Shown here: positions 11,500 to 22,519 of the stretch, in pieces
Layout of the letters: the number at the start of each line of letters is the position of its first letter
How positions within the stretch are numbered: the stretch's first letter is position 1
Assembly: GCA_003693705.1 (NCBI GenBank)
Contig: RBZT01000610.1
Span: 1-61,944, forward strand
Direction: 5' to 3'
DNA: 61,944 bases
Source: Polymyxa betae A26-41
Taxonomy: Eukaryota > Protista > Endomyxa: Phytomyxea
Program-made: the position numbers and the translations under genes
Notes under the pieces: generated by a model
What the model was told of the DNA's origin: nothing
Databases searched by the model: none
What the model saw: only the letters and a program-made list of their open reading frames with translations

Positions 11500-12263
11500 A
11501 CCAGCTGGGCACGTAGGGCAATCCCTGACGTGGCTGCAATGGAACAGCGAAACTGCAGTGGAGGCCGCGCCACAGTGGCAGTAGAAGGCCGCGTACTAGG
11601 TTGCCGTGGTTGAGACAAAGATGGCAAAACCGGGTTGAAGAGTCGATAACTCTTCAAGGTCTCAAGCATGAACTTAAAGAATTTAGATAAATCAGACCGG
11701 CAGTCGATTTTGTCTAAATTTAAACGATTACGAATTGCATCTCGCAAAACCTCGGGATGAACGGCTGATACAATCGAATCAATTTGTTTAGAGCGTAGTT
11801 CTGCATGAGTTTCGAAAAGCGAAGTCAGTCCGTACGACTGGATGACAGAGCGGCACTGGCCAAAAATATCGTGGACACTCCTCACAGGATCATCATGATG
11901 AACAAATCGAATAGATCTGAATAACTGCTTCGTATCCAGAGGAACTGCAACGACTTCACCAATATTAGATTTGAGAAGAGGGAGAATTTCATCATCCGGA
12001 ATCGAAGAAAGTTTTGATTCCGCGATTCCATTCTCCAAAACACAGATAGTGTAGAGTAGAAATGACTCGATACAATCACGTAATGGAACCGAAGAATACT
12101 GAGCAGACTGTTGCTGCGTAATAGATGAATTCAGCCGGGCCACATCAGCTTGATATTTCTCCCAGTCAGATATAAAAGAGATGATAGAGAGGCGATCATA
12201 TACAGAAAGTTGAGGAGGAGACATCAGCGAGAACTGGAACGGATTCATAGGGGTGGGTCTCAA
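11271..12263 (-). CDS. gag: Gypsy gag
   Basis: 330-aa ORF between the 5' LTR and pol with a PPQLS...WEKY N-terminus like the other gag copies. A remnant knuckle (FHCSHVRDCPTC) lies in the pol frame. Confidence 0.8.
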   Translation of the reverse strand: MRPTPMNPFQFSLMSPPQLSVYDRLSIISFISDWEKYQADVARLNSSITQQQSAQYSSVPLRDCIESFLLYTICVLENGIAESKLSSIPDDEILPLLKSNIGEVVAVPLDTKQLFRSIRFVHHDDPVRSVHDIFGQCRSVIQSYGLTSLFETHAELRSKQIDSIVSAVHPEVLRDAIRNRLNLDKIDCRSDLSKFFKFMLETLKSYRLFNPVLPSLSQPRQPSTRPSTATVARPPLQFRCSIAATSGIALRAQLVWPNDSLKNSLRGAVTKLRRQLLRPRLRVPLRIPRQSQLPSARLCPRRTRPSPHRGHRIKLRRLEHLQLPRWIPLV

Positions 12264-12467
12264 AGAAGAAAAGAATTTTGAAAATTTTATAGAACAGCAA
12301 AAAAATGTCTGAATGAAAAACGCAGCCCTTACACAGTAACGGAGCCGGTTTGTGAAGAAACGGCGTTAATGATAAGAAATCAATAAACTACGTTACCCGT
12401 ACACAGTAACGGAACCAATATCGGAAACGAAAGATGATTGATAATGAAAGGGAATGGGCAAAACGAA

Positions 12468-12490
12468 GTTAGGGTTAGGGTTTAGGGTTT
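12468..12490. repeat. Telomere-like repeats in the gypsy 5' UTR
   Basis: GTTAGGGTTAGGGTTTAGGGTTT. Confidence 0.75.
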
Positions 12491-12615
12491 TGAGTCTGAG
12501 ACAGAGGACAGAATCGTGGAGTGTGAAAAGGATGGAAATGAAGACTATTCGCCAAAACAGCGAGAACAGCTGGCAGAAAGAGACTTTCTAGAGAAAGAAA
12601 CGTCGTATAGGCCTA

Positions 12616-12882
12616 TGTGACAACTTTCCGGAAGACGCCAAGTCTACAGACCGAACGGCCAGAACGGCTGTTCGAACAGAAGAAAGAGATGAGGAAAAGA
12701 AGAGATTCGGAAAGGAATAATTCATTTATTTGTTAAAAAGCCGCCACGGACCAGTAGGGACCGATGATTAGCGGTAGTTGCAATAGTAAAGAAAGTGAAG
12801 GAAATAAAAGAGAAGTTATTAGAAATCACGAGAAGGAACCACGCAGTTTTGAACGCAAGAGCGTGAGAAATTATACGTCACA
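12616..12882 (-). repeat. 5' LTR
   Basis: Direct repeat of 7843-8109. Confidence 0.97.
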
Positions 12883-12976
12883 AATGCTATGCCAATCAAG
12901 TTTATCAGCAAAATATTTTCTGAAAATGTTTTGGAAGGAGGTAGTGTGGTGTACATGAACTGGCTGGCGTGTGGTG

Positions 12977-13407
12977 TCTGTAGAAACTGCGCCTGGACTT
13001 CACAGCAACCAACTGACCAAAAGGTACAATAACAGCTCCACAGCTGTTAGTCCAGGGCCTACTTAAGCTGTACTCCACACACCCCTCTCTTGAATGTGAC
13101 TGCATTCCTCACCAGAACCAGGCACTCAGGCCTTTGGCAGAACTAAGTAGGTGACCCCCAACTCAGATGAACCACGCATCTTTTCACGAGTTGTGAGCCG
13201 GTCCGGTCCATTGAACCCAAAAACGTCCAGTACCAGGGGAGACTCGAACCCGACCCTTTGAGCTGTTATTCTGCCAGAGGCCTCAGTGCCTGATTCTGGT
13301 GAGGAATGCGGTGTGTGGAGTACTGCTTAAGTAGGCCTTGGACTAACAGCTGTGGAGCTGTTATTGTACTGTTGGTTGCTGTGAAGTCCAGGCGCAGTTT
13401 CTACAGA
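12977..13407. mobile_element. Non-autonomous foldback/MITE-like element with long inverted arms
   Basis: Left arm 12977-~13142 is inverted as ~13269-13407 (TCTGTAGAAACTGCGCC...GGCGCAGTTTCTACAGA). The centre carries a minus-strand GGTTCGAGTC B-box-like motif. Confidence 0.8.
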
Positions 13408-13680
13408 ACCAAAAGGTACAATAGCAGCTCCACAGCTGTTAGTCCAGGGCCTACTTAAGCTGTACTCCACACACCCCTCTCTTGAATGTGACTGCATTCC
13501 TCACCAGAATCAGGCACTCAGGCCTCTGGCAGAAATAAGTAGGTGACCCCCAACTCAAATGAACCACGCATCTTTTCACGAGTTGTGAGCCGGTCCGGTC
13601 CATTGAACCCAAAAACGTCCAGTACCAGGGGAGACTCGAACCCGACCCTTTGAGCTGTTATTCTGCCAGAGGCCTCAGTG
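13408..13680. repeat. Tandem partial copy of 13016-13288
   Basis: Near-identical direct repeat with an offset of about 392 bp. Confidence 0.9.
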
Positions 13681-13976
13681 CACTTCAAATTACCTTAAAG
13701 GCAAATTGAAGAGGAAGGGGATCAAATTGCAAACGACGATACCATACACACCTCAGAAAAATGGAGTCGCAGAGCGTATGAATCGTACGTTAGTCGATCG
13801 AGCACGGACGATGCTATTGGACGCCGGTCTTAGTATTAGATACTGGCAACATAAAGGCCACTGCAGCACACATCACTAACAGAATCCCTTCAGCGGCGTG
13901 CGGCCACAAATCGCCTTACGAGCTGTGGACGGGTCAGCTGCCTGACATCGGGCACGTAAGAGTCTTCGGGTGTCGG

Positions 13977-16575
13977 TAGGGGTGTTCACGGCCCCGGCTA
14001 AGCAATTTCCCCAAGCCGGCTATCTAGCCCCGGAACCTGAGATCTCCTCTGTTGGTTTTCTAAGGCCTATAATTTTGGATTTATCATTCTGCAATAGTCT
14101 TCAGACTTTCTATGTCATTTTGATTATTCAGTTCAGGATTTATCGAAAATTTTGGAAATTGAAAATTGTTAAATAAAATGCGGGATGAAATTAATGCGAA
14201 TTGCCGTACAATTCATCTCATTCTCGTGGAGTGAGAAAATTGTGTCTGGCTTGAGTTTGCGCCCGGCTGATGGATTGCAATGTCGAACCTGTCCTCAACG
14301 GCGGCTTGCCAATCAACGAGTCCAGTAGTGACCTCGATAGTGACTGCATCGAAATGCCATTGAGCGCGCGCAGCTCTGCTCCGTCCATCACTGTATCCGC
14401 TACTGGGCGCTCCACCAAAAAGCGGCGTCATAAGACTTCTTGGGTTTTTAATCATTTCGCTATTGATGAAAAATCTGGCAAAAGGCATTGCGCTGTTACT
14501 GGATGTAAGTCATCGTTCTCTTCTTCAACGGGAACGGGGACCTTGGGAAGGCATCTATACAAGTGTCATAAGATATCATCATCCGGTGATGCATTTACGC
14601 TCGATCCTTTACAAACAACATTTAATTCTGAAGGATCTGCGCTTGCTGTAAGTGATGATCGGCATGCATCAAAATATTGTTGTGTTAATGACTTCTTGCA
14701 AAGGCTCATAATCAGCTAAACGATGATTCGCGAAAAAATAAATTCGATGCTTTAATTAAGTTCATTGTTGACGACAAGCAAGCATTCGCTTTGGTGGAAA
14801 AACGTTCTTTCCAAGATTTTTGTAAGGCTCTGAATAAGTTCTATAAGCTTCCATGCAGGTCGACTGTATGCCGAGGCATTGCAGACGCATACGACGTTGG
14901 CCGAGTGAAGCTACAGTCCGTACTGGACAACATTCCTGGTCGAATCGCTATGACAGCCGATGGCTGGTCTTCGCGGGTGATGCGAGGATACTTTGTCGTT
15001 ACTGCTCATTGGATTGATGAGAAGTGGAAGATGAATTCGTGTGTTCTAGATTTTCTGTGTTTCCCTCCGCCACACAATCAATGGACCACCTCCGAAATTA
15101 TTCTGAACGTCATTCACTCCTTCAACATCCAGACAAAAGTCAGGTCTATTACTATTGACAGCGGATCGGAAATGCCACCGGCGATGCGTATCGTTTGCGA
15201 TGTCCTCGACACGAAATATTCCCTGAACCTGAATGAAGATTGGCATTTAAGATGTGTCTGCCATATCATCAATCGTGCAGTAATCGATGCCCAATCCTTA
15301 ATGAAGAAAGAAGTGGAATTAGTTCGGACCATGCTAAAGGCAATCCGGTCATCGTCAGCAATGAGAGAAGAATTCAGGACAGTGCAAATCCGTCTTGGCC
15401 GTTCGATTATCAGTGAGGTCCCTTCGTTAGAGGTTGAAACGCGCTGGAACTCTAAGTTCTTGATGATCAAGAGCTGCTACGGTAGCCAATTCATTTTAAG
15501 TTTATAATCGCTTAACGTTTTGTTCAGAGCTCCAAGATGTCTTTGAAGCATTATGTAACACGCCCTCATTTCGAAAACAACTGACCGCACTGACTGCCTT
15601 TGACTGGAGAGTTTTGAAATCAATGCAAAATTTCCTAGAGCCGGCGTATAACTGCACCACAAAAGCCAGTGGCCGCAATTACAGCACACTAGCTTTGCAG
15701 TCTCTAATCTACGAGAGTCTAATGGAGCATTGCCAACGAACTATAGATGGCACTACAGTAACTGGTAATGAATGCGTCAAATGGAATCATGTGTTACTGA
15801 ATGCACTAGGTTTCACAACGCCGACTTCACAAGCCGCAGCGAAAGCTTTGAAACAGAAATTGCTAGCTTACCACCCGTATATGAACAGCAGTTTGTGCTC
15901 GCTAGGTGTTGCACTGGATCCATCAATTCCAAACATCGACGACGACGTTCCTCGAATGAAAGATCTGATTCGCAGTATTCTTGAAACAGATTACGGGTAT
16001 GTTGCTGATGCTGTTGATGTGCAGCGTCCATCATCTCGCAACTCTGACCTTATATCGCTATCTCGGCGTGCAAGAGCCCCATCAGCCTCCATTGTACACC
16101 ACGGTGATGAGGTCGATGATTATTTCTCTTTCACAAAATCGGCTGATGATGCATGTGATGATGTCCTGCAGTGGTGGGATTCAATCGGACAAAGACGGTT
16201 TCCTCGAGTGGCACTCCTTGCCCGTGATACATTAATGTGCATGGGTTCATCGGTCCCATCTGAATCGGCGTTCTCTGACAGTGGCCATTATGTTGTTGGG
16301 TACAGAGCGCGTTTAAAAGATGACAACATCTCAATGATGATGAAGCTGCGCTCTTGGAATCGATTGCTTGAATTAATGTGATAATTGTTCAATGAGTAAG
16401 AAATACAAATTTTTCATTGCCTGTCATTGTATATTTTAGATAGTGAAAGGTTGAAAGGAAAGCCGGCTAATCGGTCGGCTAGCCGGTTAATTCGAGAGAT
16501 TACCAAACTTGACAATAGCCGGCTATCATGGATTCTCTAGCCGGCTAGCCGTAGCCGGGACCGTGGACACCCCTA
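13977..16575 (+). mobile_element. Complete hAT DNA transposon
   Basis: 24-bp TIRs TAGGGGTGT(T/C)CACGG(C/T)CCCGGCTA; 8-bp TSD GGTGTCGG at 13969-13976 and 16576-16583; subterminal AGCCGGCT repeats. Confidence 0.97.
14270..16381 (+). pseudogene. hAT transposase (BED finger, DDE, dimerisation domain), intron-containing and disrupted
   Basis: SWVFNHF...C...C...LGRHLYKCH; TADGWSS; RCVCHIIN; ETRWNS; SSVPSESAFS. Likely short introns near 14648 and 15764. Confidence 0.92.
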
Positions 16576-17848
16576 GGTGTCGGGCATTCGTGCACGTACC
16601 AGATGAGAAGCGCCGTAAGTTCGATCCGAAGGCAATTCTCGGAATCTTCCTTGGATACGCTACCGGGCAAAAGGGATACGTGGTGCAAGACCCTGAAAGT
16701 GGCAAGATAATATTCAGCCGCGACGTGACATTTGATGAGAATCAACTACCAGCTAAGAAGTCAACGGAGAGTCCTAATCTTGAGGTCATCGAACGTCAGG
16801 TTAGCGGGTCGATCAACGAGACGATAGATGACGAGCAGCCGGCGGAAACGAATGACGAACCAGGGCAGCCGCTGATCAATGACGAAGCTGAGCAGGTTGA
16901 TGAAGACAACCCCGATGCACCGCCGAGACGATCTTCGAGAGTAACGGGGCAGCCGGCGCGATACGCCGACGGACAAGCAGACGAATTGATACGAAAAGGA
17001 CAGAGCAAGTCTTCTGGACATGCCGCTTTCTTGGTAAAAGAACCGAAACGCTATGATGACTCCATTGACGGACCAGACGCCGCCAAATGGAAAGAAGCTA
17101 TGAAACAAGAATATCAGTCACTGATGAAGAACAAGACTTGGAGCCTTACCAAACTACCACACGGGCGGAAAGCGATTAAATCCAAGTGGGTATTTAAGAT
17201 CAAAACTCTAGAGGACGGCACCGTGGACCGCTCCAGAGCGAGGCTCGTCGCACAAGGCTTTTCGCAACGCCATGGTGTTGACTACGACGAGACGTTCTCG
17301 CCGGTTGCTACGAAGGCCACGATCAGAATTCCTATCGGTTTGAAGTCGCAGGGGTGGTACGTACGGCATGTCGATGTCGATACAGCTCATCTCAACTCGG
17401 ACGTTGACACCGAGCTTTACATCCTGCAGCCGAAGGGATTCGAGCAATACGACGATCAGGGAGAGATCCTGGTATGCAAGTTAATAAAGGCAATATACGG
17501 CTTAAAACAGGCTGGCTTAGCCTGGTATGATCACCTTTCGAGACTGTTACTGAAGTTGAAGTTCAGGAAGTCGCGTCACGACCCTTGTGTTTTTATCCCT
17601 GATACGCACTGCGTAGAGTGAATATTATTCACTCTTCACTTTTGAGTTTCCTGGAATTTAAGGGATCGGCCTTGGTGAATTTTCCAAGCCCACTCTTATG
17701 ATCTACTCGCATTCCCGAATCGATTGATCTAAAAAAATCCGAAAACGCTCAAATGAAACCTATTAGAATCAAAGGCTAGGGTCTAGGGTTTTTTGACCCA
17801 CGGAATATTAGGAAATTGCGTTAAGATTCACTCTTACGAAAAAAGCGT

Positions 17849-20800
17849 TTATTCAATACGCTGGCCACGAGATCGACGTGGTTGTTCGTCTGGGGGATTA
17901 ACGGTAGGGGTCTCTGGACGTTGGCGACGGCTCCGTTCTGCTCGAGGCGTTTCCGCCCTAGCATTGCGACCTCTACGGCCACGCTGCCCAGGGTCTCGTT
18001 TTGGACGAACCCTTTCCCCCAGGCGATCAACAGAATGGATCAGATCCTTACAGGTGACGTGCCAATTACCCGCCAACTGAACACATGCAGTAACGACGCA
18101 AACGGTGCAGTGAGCTGTCGTTTGCATACCACAAATAGGACAATGACGAATATTTTTGGTTGCTAACCTGTGATGGACGTCTTTACGGAGCCTCGTTTGC
18201 TTCCCAATTGCTCCATTTAGCCACTTCAAAATATTTCTCACAGGCGCCTGAGGAATGTTGTCGACGGGCGCTTCGACAGTCACAGGCCGTACCACTGCCT
18301 GAGAAGGTGCAGCCTCAATAACGTCTTCCCTAATCGCTATGAAGTCAGATGACGGATCCCATTTCTCAACAAAATCTTGCAGAAAATCAGCGAAGGATCC
18401 CAACTTATTCAAGCGCTGCTTCAACTGTTTGTAGGAAGAGAAGTTCGGAAGCTCGTGCTCTATCTTCAGCAACCGCAAAACCATGTGCGAATTCATTAGC
18501 CCAATCATGACAAAGCGAATGAAAATGAACGCTCGAGGTGATAGCCAACGGAAATCGACCTTGACGTTTTTCAAGATTCGGGAGACAACATCCTGCCCAC
18601 CTTTGAAATTATTCCAGTGTGAAACAGCAAAAAAAGTCAGATCATGAGCAGCAGGCAGTGGAGTACCTCTTGTCAGACGAGCATCTTCAAAGGCATTCTG
18701 CAACTTTCTCCAGATTTGCAGCGTACGCAAATCGACAGCGAGACCAATCTCACCAGGGCGTAGATCGATCGGATCTGAGATATCGCTTCCGCTGAAAAAT
18801 TGCAGATGTTCAGCACATTTCGTGAGAATCATCGAAGAGAATAGACGGCGGCATTCCGAGCTTACTTGTACAAGAACAGAGTAAATGATGCGGTTGGTAG
18901 TTGAGACTACAAACAGCAGGTGATCAACACCAGTAACAGCCAAATGATGAAGCACCTGGGATCGATATCCCGCTGTCCAAACTAATTTCTTGAACAGAGG
19001 CCGGTCGTTTGATGTGACAAACAGGCGCTGGTTCAGGTTGTCACAAATCTGCCTTGCTGCGTCAAGACGTTATTCTGGCTCAGTAACCGTTTGAGCTGTT
19101 GTCATGGTCTTCAGTTCCAACACACAAACAATTGCTGACGTTTCTTCCATCTCAGGTGGTACCAGCACCAGTGCACCATCGATGGATGTAGCAAGAAGAT
19201 GGTCGTTTGTGCCTGTAATCGATGATTTACGGCACAGAAGACCACGCTGAACGATGTTGCCAACGATTTGAAAACCTTGACTATGTGTTTGAAAGAAAGA
19301 TGGGAGCGCAGCTCGAATATTCGATTCGTTAACGCTTCCGATTTTCATGTTGGAACTGGTGAAAGGCTTCATGAACCATGTCTTCATTAGAGCAGCAGTC
19401 AACCTAACCGTACGATCTGCAATGGGAAAAAGAATACGCTCGATCAAATATTGCTTAGTGCCCGAAAATGGTTGATTCCGAGATTTACAAAGCGCTTTAA
19501 GTTGATTTGCGGTCTTCGTGGTGAGTTTCTCCCGAGCAAATGCTGGATCATCCGCATGGCCTCGAATACCGATTGTAGAAAGCAATTCTCTTTCGACAGG
19601 GGTGTTAAAACCCTCGAAACAGGTGGTTAAAACCGTATGAGAAACAATCCAACCCGTAACAAATGCCATTCTACACCGCCTTGGCTTCGGGTGTCTGATT
19701 CAGTACATTCGTTTAATGTGGATTGGATCAGAACATGACCAGGCTCAGATACCTCAAACGAGCCAGCACGTTTCGGACGCAGACACCAGACGGATAACCG
19801 GGGAGCTGTGGAGAATATCAGAGCGACCCGACCGCGACCACCTCGGTAGGCGATGGCATAAACCCAGCGGTCAGAGAACTTCCTTCGTGCGACATACATG
19901 CTCTTCGCGCCTTTTTCGACAACATGGCGTCCGAATCCTTGGCCGGTATCACCGAAAGTGAATGGGCCTGATTTCATTCGCTTGAACGTGCCTATCAAGT
20001 GAAAGCCTTGTTGGCAGAGGTATTCAACAAGTCCTGGATTCATATATCCACGATCCATGGCGATAATTTCGTTACCTCCATGTACATGCTCCGGTAAACC
20101 TGCGGATTGCATCCACATAAGAACAATCTTGACAATTTCAGAGAATTTCTCCCCCTTTCCCAGTAACCTCATGCCCAGAACAATAGAGGAAACCAGAGAC
20201 ACGGCATTACTGGAAACAACTCCAAAGGCCTTCTTAGGATTGTTGATTCTCTGAAGTCCTAAGGCTTCAGAGAGTGCTGATGTAATGCGAAACTGATCAT
20301 CATCAAACGATATTGAGGTCACTCCGCGAATGTAAGCCAGTCTACAAGAGGCTGTTGTCAACGCTTGTTCTTCACCACGAATTGTACTGTCAACGCTGAA
20401 AGGAGCCTTCCAGCTGCCGCTGTTATTGCTTTCTCGAACAGATTTCAGACCCGTCATGACTTTCTCAAAAGAAGAGCGCTGCAGCGTGGAAGCAACAGGA
20501 TACAATCCCCTTTTCTCCTCATCAAACAGCCTCGTTGGTGTCGTACAATAAATTGAGAGATATCCTAGAACCTTCATAAATCCAATCAGATCTTTGCCGG
20601 AAACAGCATCAGAGCCTGTGGAAATAAAATGATGTTAGGGTTAGGGTTAGGGTTTGGTAACGTTACCTGATGGTAAGCCTTCACGAACAGCCGTCAGTAG
20701 ATTGCCAGTAATGGCAGACAGAAAATAGTTGGTGACGTCATCAAAAGAAACATTGGCGTTCGTCTCTTTGTTGAACATATTTCTGACATTCTAACAAACC

Positions 20801-20976
20801 GCTTTGATTTCAGTTTGTGCTTGTTCTAGTAACATCCGGTCCATCGCGGAGGTTACAATCGAAAAATCGTCCATTTGTTGAGCGGTAACGTTACTCCACT
20901 CACAGGTGTCCTCTTCAGGACCGACGCTAGAAGTCTCCGACCCAGAATCATCGAAATACTCTGCAAGAGAAGTCAT
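17849..20976 (-). pseudogene. ~1000-aa piggyBac-type DDD transposase with YqaJ/SAP insertion; 1 intron, 2 premature stops, 1 frameshift
   Basis: SFDDDQ, AMDRGY, LIGTFKR, then QGGVEWHLLR, SAP (QLKALCKSRNQPFSGTKQYLIERI), MKIGSVNE, ATSIDG, LELKT, YRSQVLHHLAVTG, then WNNFKGGQD and a C-terminal Cys-rich domain CPIC...CTVC...C...C...H. Confidence 0.85.
20616..20666 (-). other. 51-nt spliceosomal intron containing (CCCTAA)3
   Basis: GTAACG...CCCTAACCCTAACCCTAAC...TTTCCACAG. It contains an in-frame stop, and removing it joins GLPS|GSDAVSGKDLIGFMKVLGY in frame. Confidence 0.85.
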
Positions 20977-22285
20977 ACTGGCTGTACGAAAATACTCACA
21001 AATGCAGCTGCGACGACGAGGTCAAAAATGGGAATTGCGCGGAAACTTTTTTGCGGGGAAATGTTTGGGTCAATCCCTGGGAGATTGCAAAAATTCAGTG
21101 TAATTGGATTAATCGTGGCATTGATTTTATTTTTCGAAATCGACCCATTTTCAGCACTCAAGAGTGAATAATATTCACTCTTAAGCATTAAAACCAGAAA
21201 CACTGCGAACCCCGTAGAATGAATATTATTCACTCTTACTGAATCAAGGTTATCAATAGCGCTAGAGTTTATCTGGCGACCTACGTGGACGATATAATTA
21301 TAGCATCAAAGTTACAGGAAGCTGTTACCGCCGTCGAAGATGGGATGGAGCAGCATCTGAAGATCAATCGCCTAGGAGAGATAAGACATTTCCTAGGATG
21401 GAAGGTCACCAGTTTAGAAAGCTTCGTGATCATCTCCCAAGATTCGTACGTGCTGCAAGTTTTGACGAAATTCGGTATGGAAGATTGTAACCCGGCGACG
21501 ACACCAGGTGTACATGGACAAGCAAGTCAGCAGGACAAGCAAGAAGAGGAAGACACTAACTTTCCTTATCGCGAATGCGTTGGAAGTTTGATGTATATGG
21601 CGAACAGCACGCGTCCTGACATCGCATACGCGGTCCATCACGCAGCAAGGTTCGTCGCTGATCCAAAACGTGAACACATAAAAGCAGTGAAGCGGATCTT
21701 ACGATACTTACGAGGGACGATCGACACAGGCATCATCTTCAAACGTGACAAGAGCAACGGCCTGACCGGATACGCCGATGCCGACTTTGCTGGGCACGAC
21801 GGCGATTCTCGCTCAACATCTGGCTACATTTTTATGATGAACGGGCCGATTACGTGGTCATCAAGACGCCAACGGCTTACCGCTCTCTCGACAACGGAGG
21901 CTGAAATATATGCATTAGCAGAGGCAAGCAAGGAAGCGATGTGGATTGTCAACTTACTGAAAGACATGGAAGTGCGACCGCACGAGGCTTCGATCAAGAT
22001 GATGGAGGACACGCCGCCTGTTACGCCTTAGTCACCGGGGTGAAGGCGCCGACGAGAACGAAACACCTGGCAGTCCGGATCGGGTTCGTACGTGATCTGA
22101 TCAGCAACAAGGTCATCGAAATGGAGCGTTGTCCGACGACGGCGATGCTCGCCGACCCGCTGACGAAGGCGCTCGGGCCAACCGAGTTCAGACGAAAGAT
22201 GGCGACAATCGTCTCTATCGATATGAATGACAAGGGCTGCGCGCGCACTTTTAAGGGTGCCAAGTTCAAGTCGGCCGAGGGAGAG

Positions 22286-22519
22286 TGTAAGATTACCACC
22301 TGTGACGGGGAGCGGCCTCCTCTTGTTGGTTGCGCCACCTCCAACTGTTGGCGACTTGACGGTCGTACCCTACCTATACGATGCGATTGACTACCTTTCA
22401 TACAGTCAATCGCGACCTATTTGCAGTCTGTCATAGACTGACGAAAAGATCTGGAAATAAAGACCTATTGTTATTCGCTATTTTACCGCTAGACTGTCGT
22501 TTAAACCAAAGCTTTTACA
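22286..22519 (+). repeat. Copia 3' LTR
   Basis: PPT GAGGGAGAG directly before TGTAAG; ends TTTTACA; internal AATAAA. Confidence 0.85.

Larger units (their letters stand above)
7843..12882 (-). mobile_element. Two-LTR chromodomain Ty3/Gypsy retrotransposon with internally deleted integrase
   Basis: Two 267-bp TG...CA LTRs; 5-bp TSD AATGC at 7838-7842 and 12883-12887; polypurine tract next to the 3' LTR; gag-PR-RT-RH-IN-chromodomain order. Confidence 0.97.
17597..21249 (-). mobile_element. Complete piggyBac-like transposon whose transposase has an embedded YqaJ-like nuclease and SAP domain
   Basis: TTAT duplicated at 17593-17596 and 21250-21253, and excision restores the Copia RT frame. Termini are CCCTGATAC and CCTTGATTC. 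Palindromic AGAGTGAATA(T/A)TATTCACTCT subterminal motifs occur at both ends. Confidence 0.9.
13681..22519 (+). mobile_element. 5'-truncated Ty1/Copia (IN-RT-RH plus 3' LTR) interrupted by a hAT and a piggyBac-like element
   Basis: Integrase TPQKNGVAERMNRT at ~13750; RVFG|CRAFVHVP across the hAT; RT ORF 16509-17621; DPCVFI|NSARVYLATYVDD across the piggyBac; RNase H 21285-22200. Confidence 0.95.

Noticed and set aside
9947-11584. Plus-strand ORFs overlapping gypsy pol
   Set aside because: Antisense shadows of the pol frame with no independent motifs.
13220-13270. tRNA gene
   Set aside because: Only a B-box/T-loop-like motif is present; there is no cloverleaf or A-box.
13095-13310. Hammerhead or twister ribozyme in the foldback repeat
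   Set aside because: CTGGTGA-stem-AAGA does not match the CUGANGA...GAAA core, and I could not see a complete twister pattern.
19611-19654. Second intron in the piggyBac-like transposase
   Set aside because: Copy 2 encodes LLRIGLISSTVAHTVL through this region, so copy 1 has a small frameshifting deletion. The acceptor would also be an atypical GAG.
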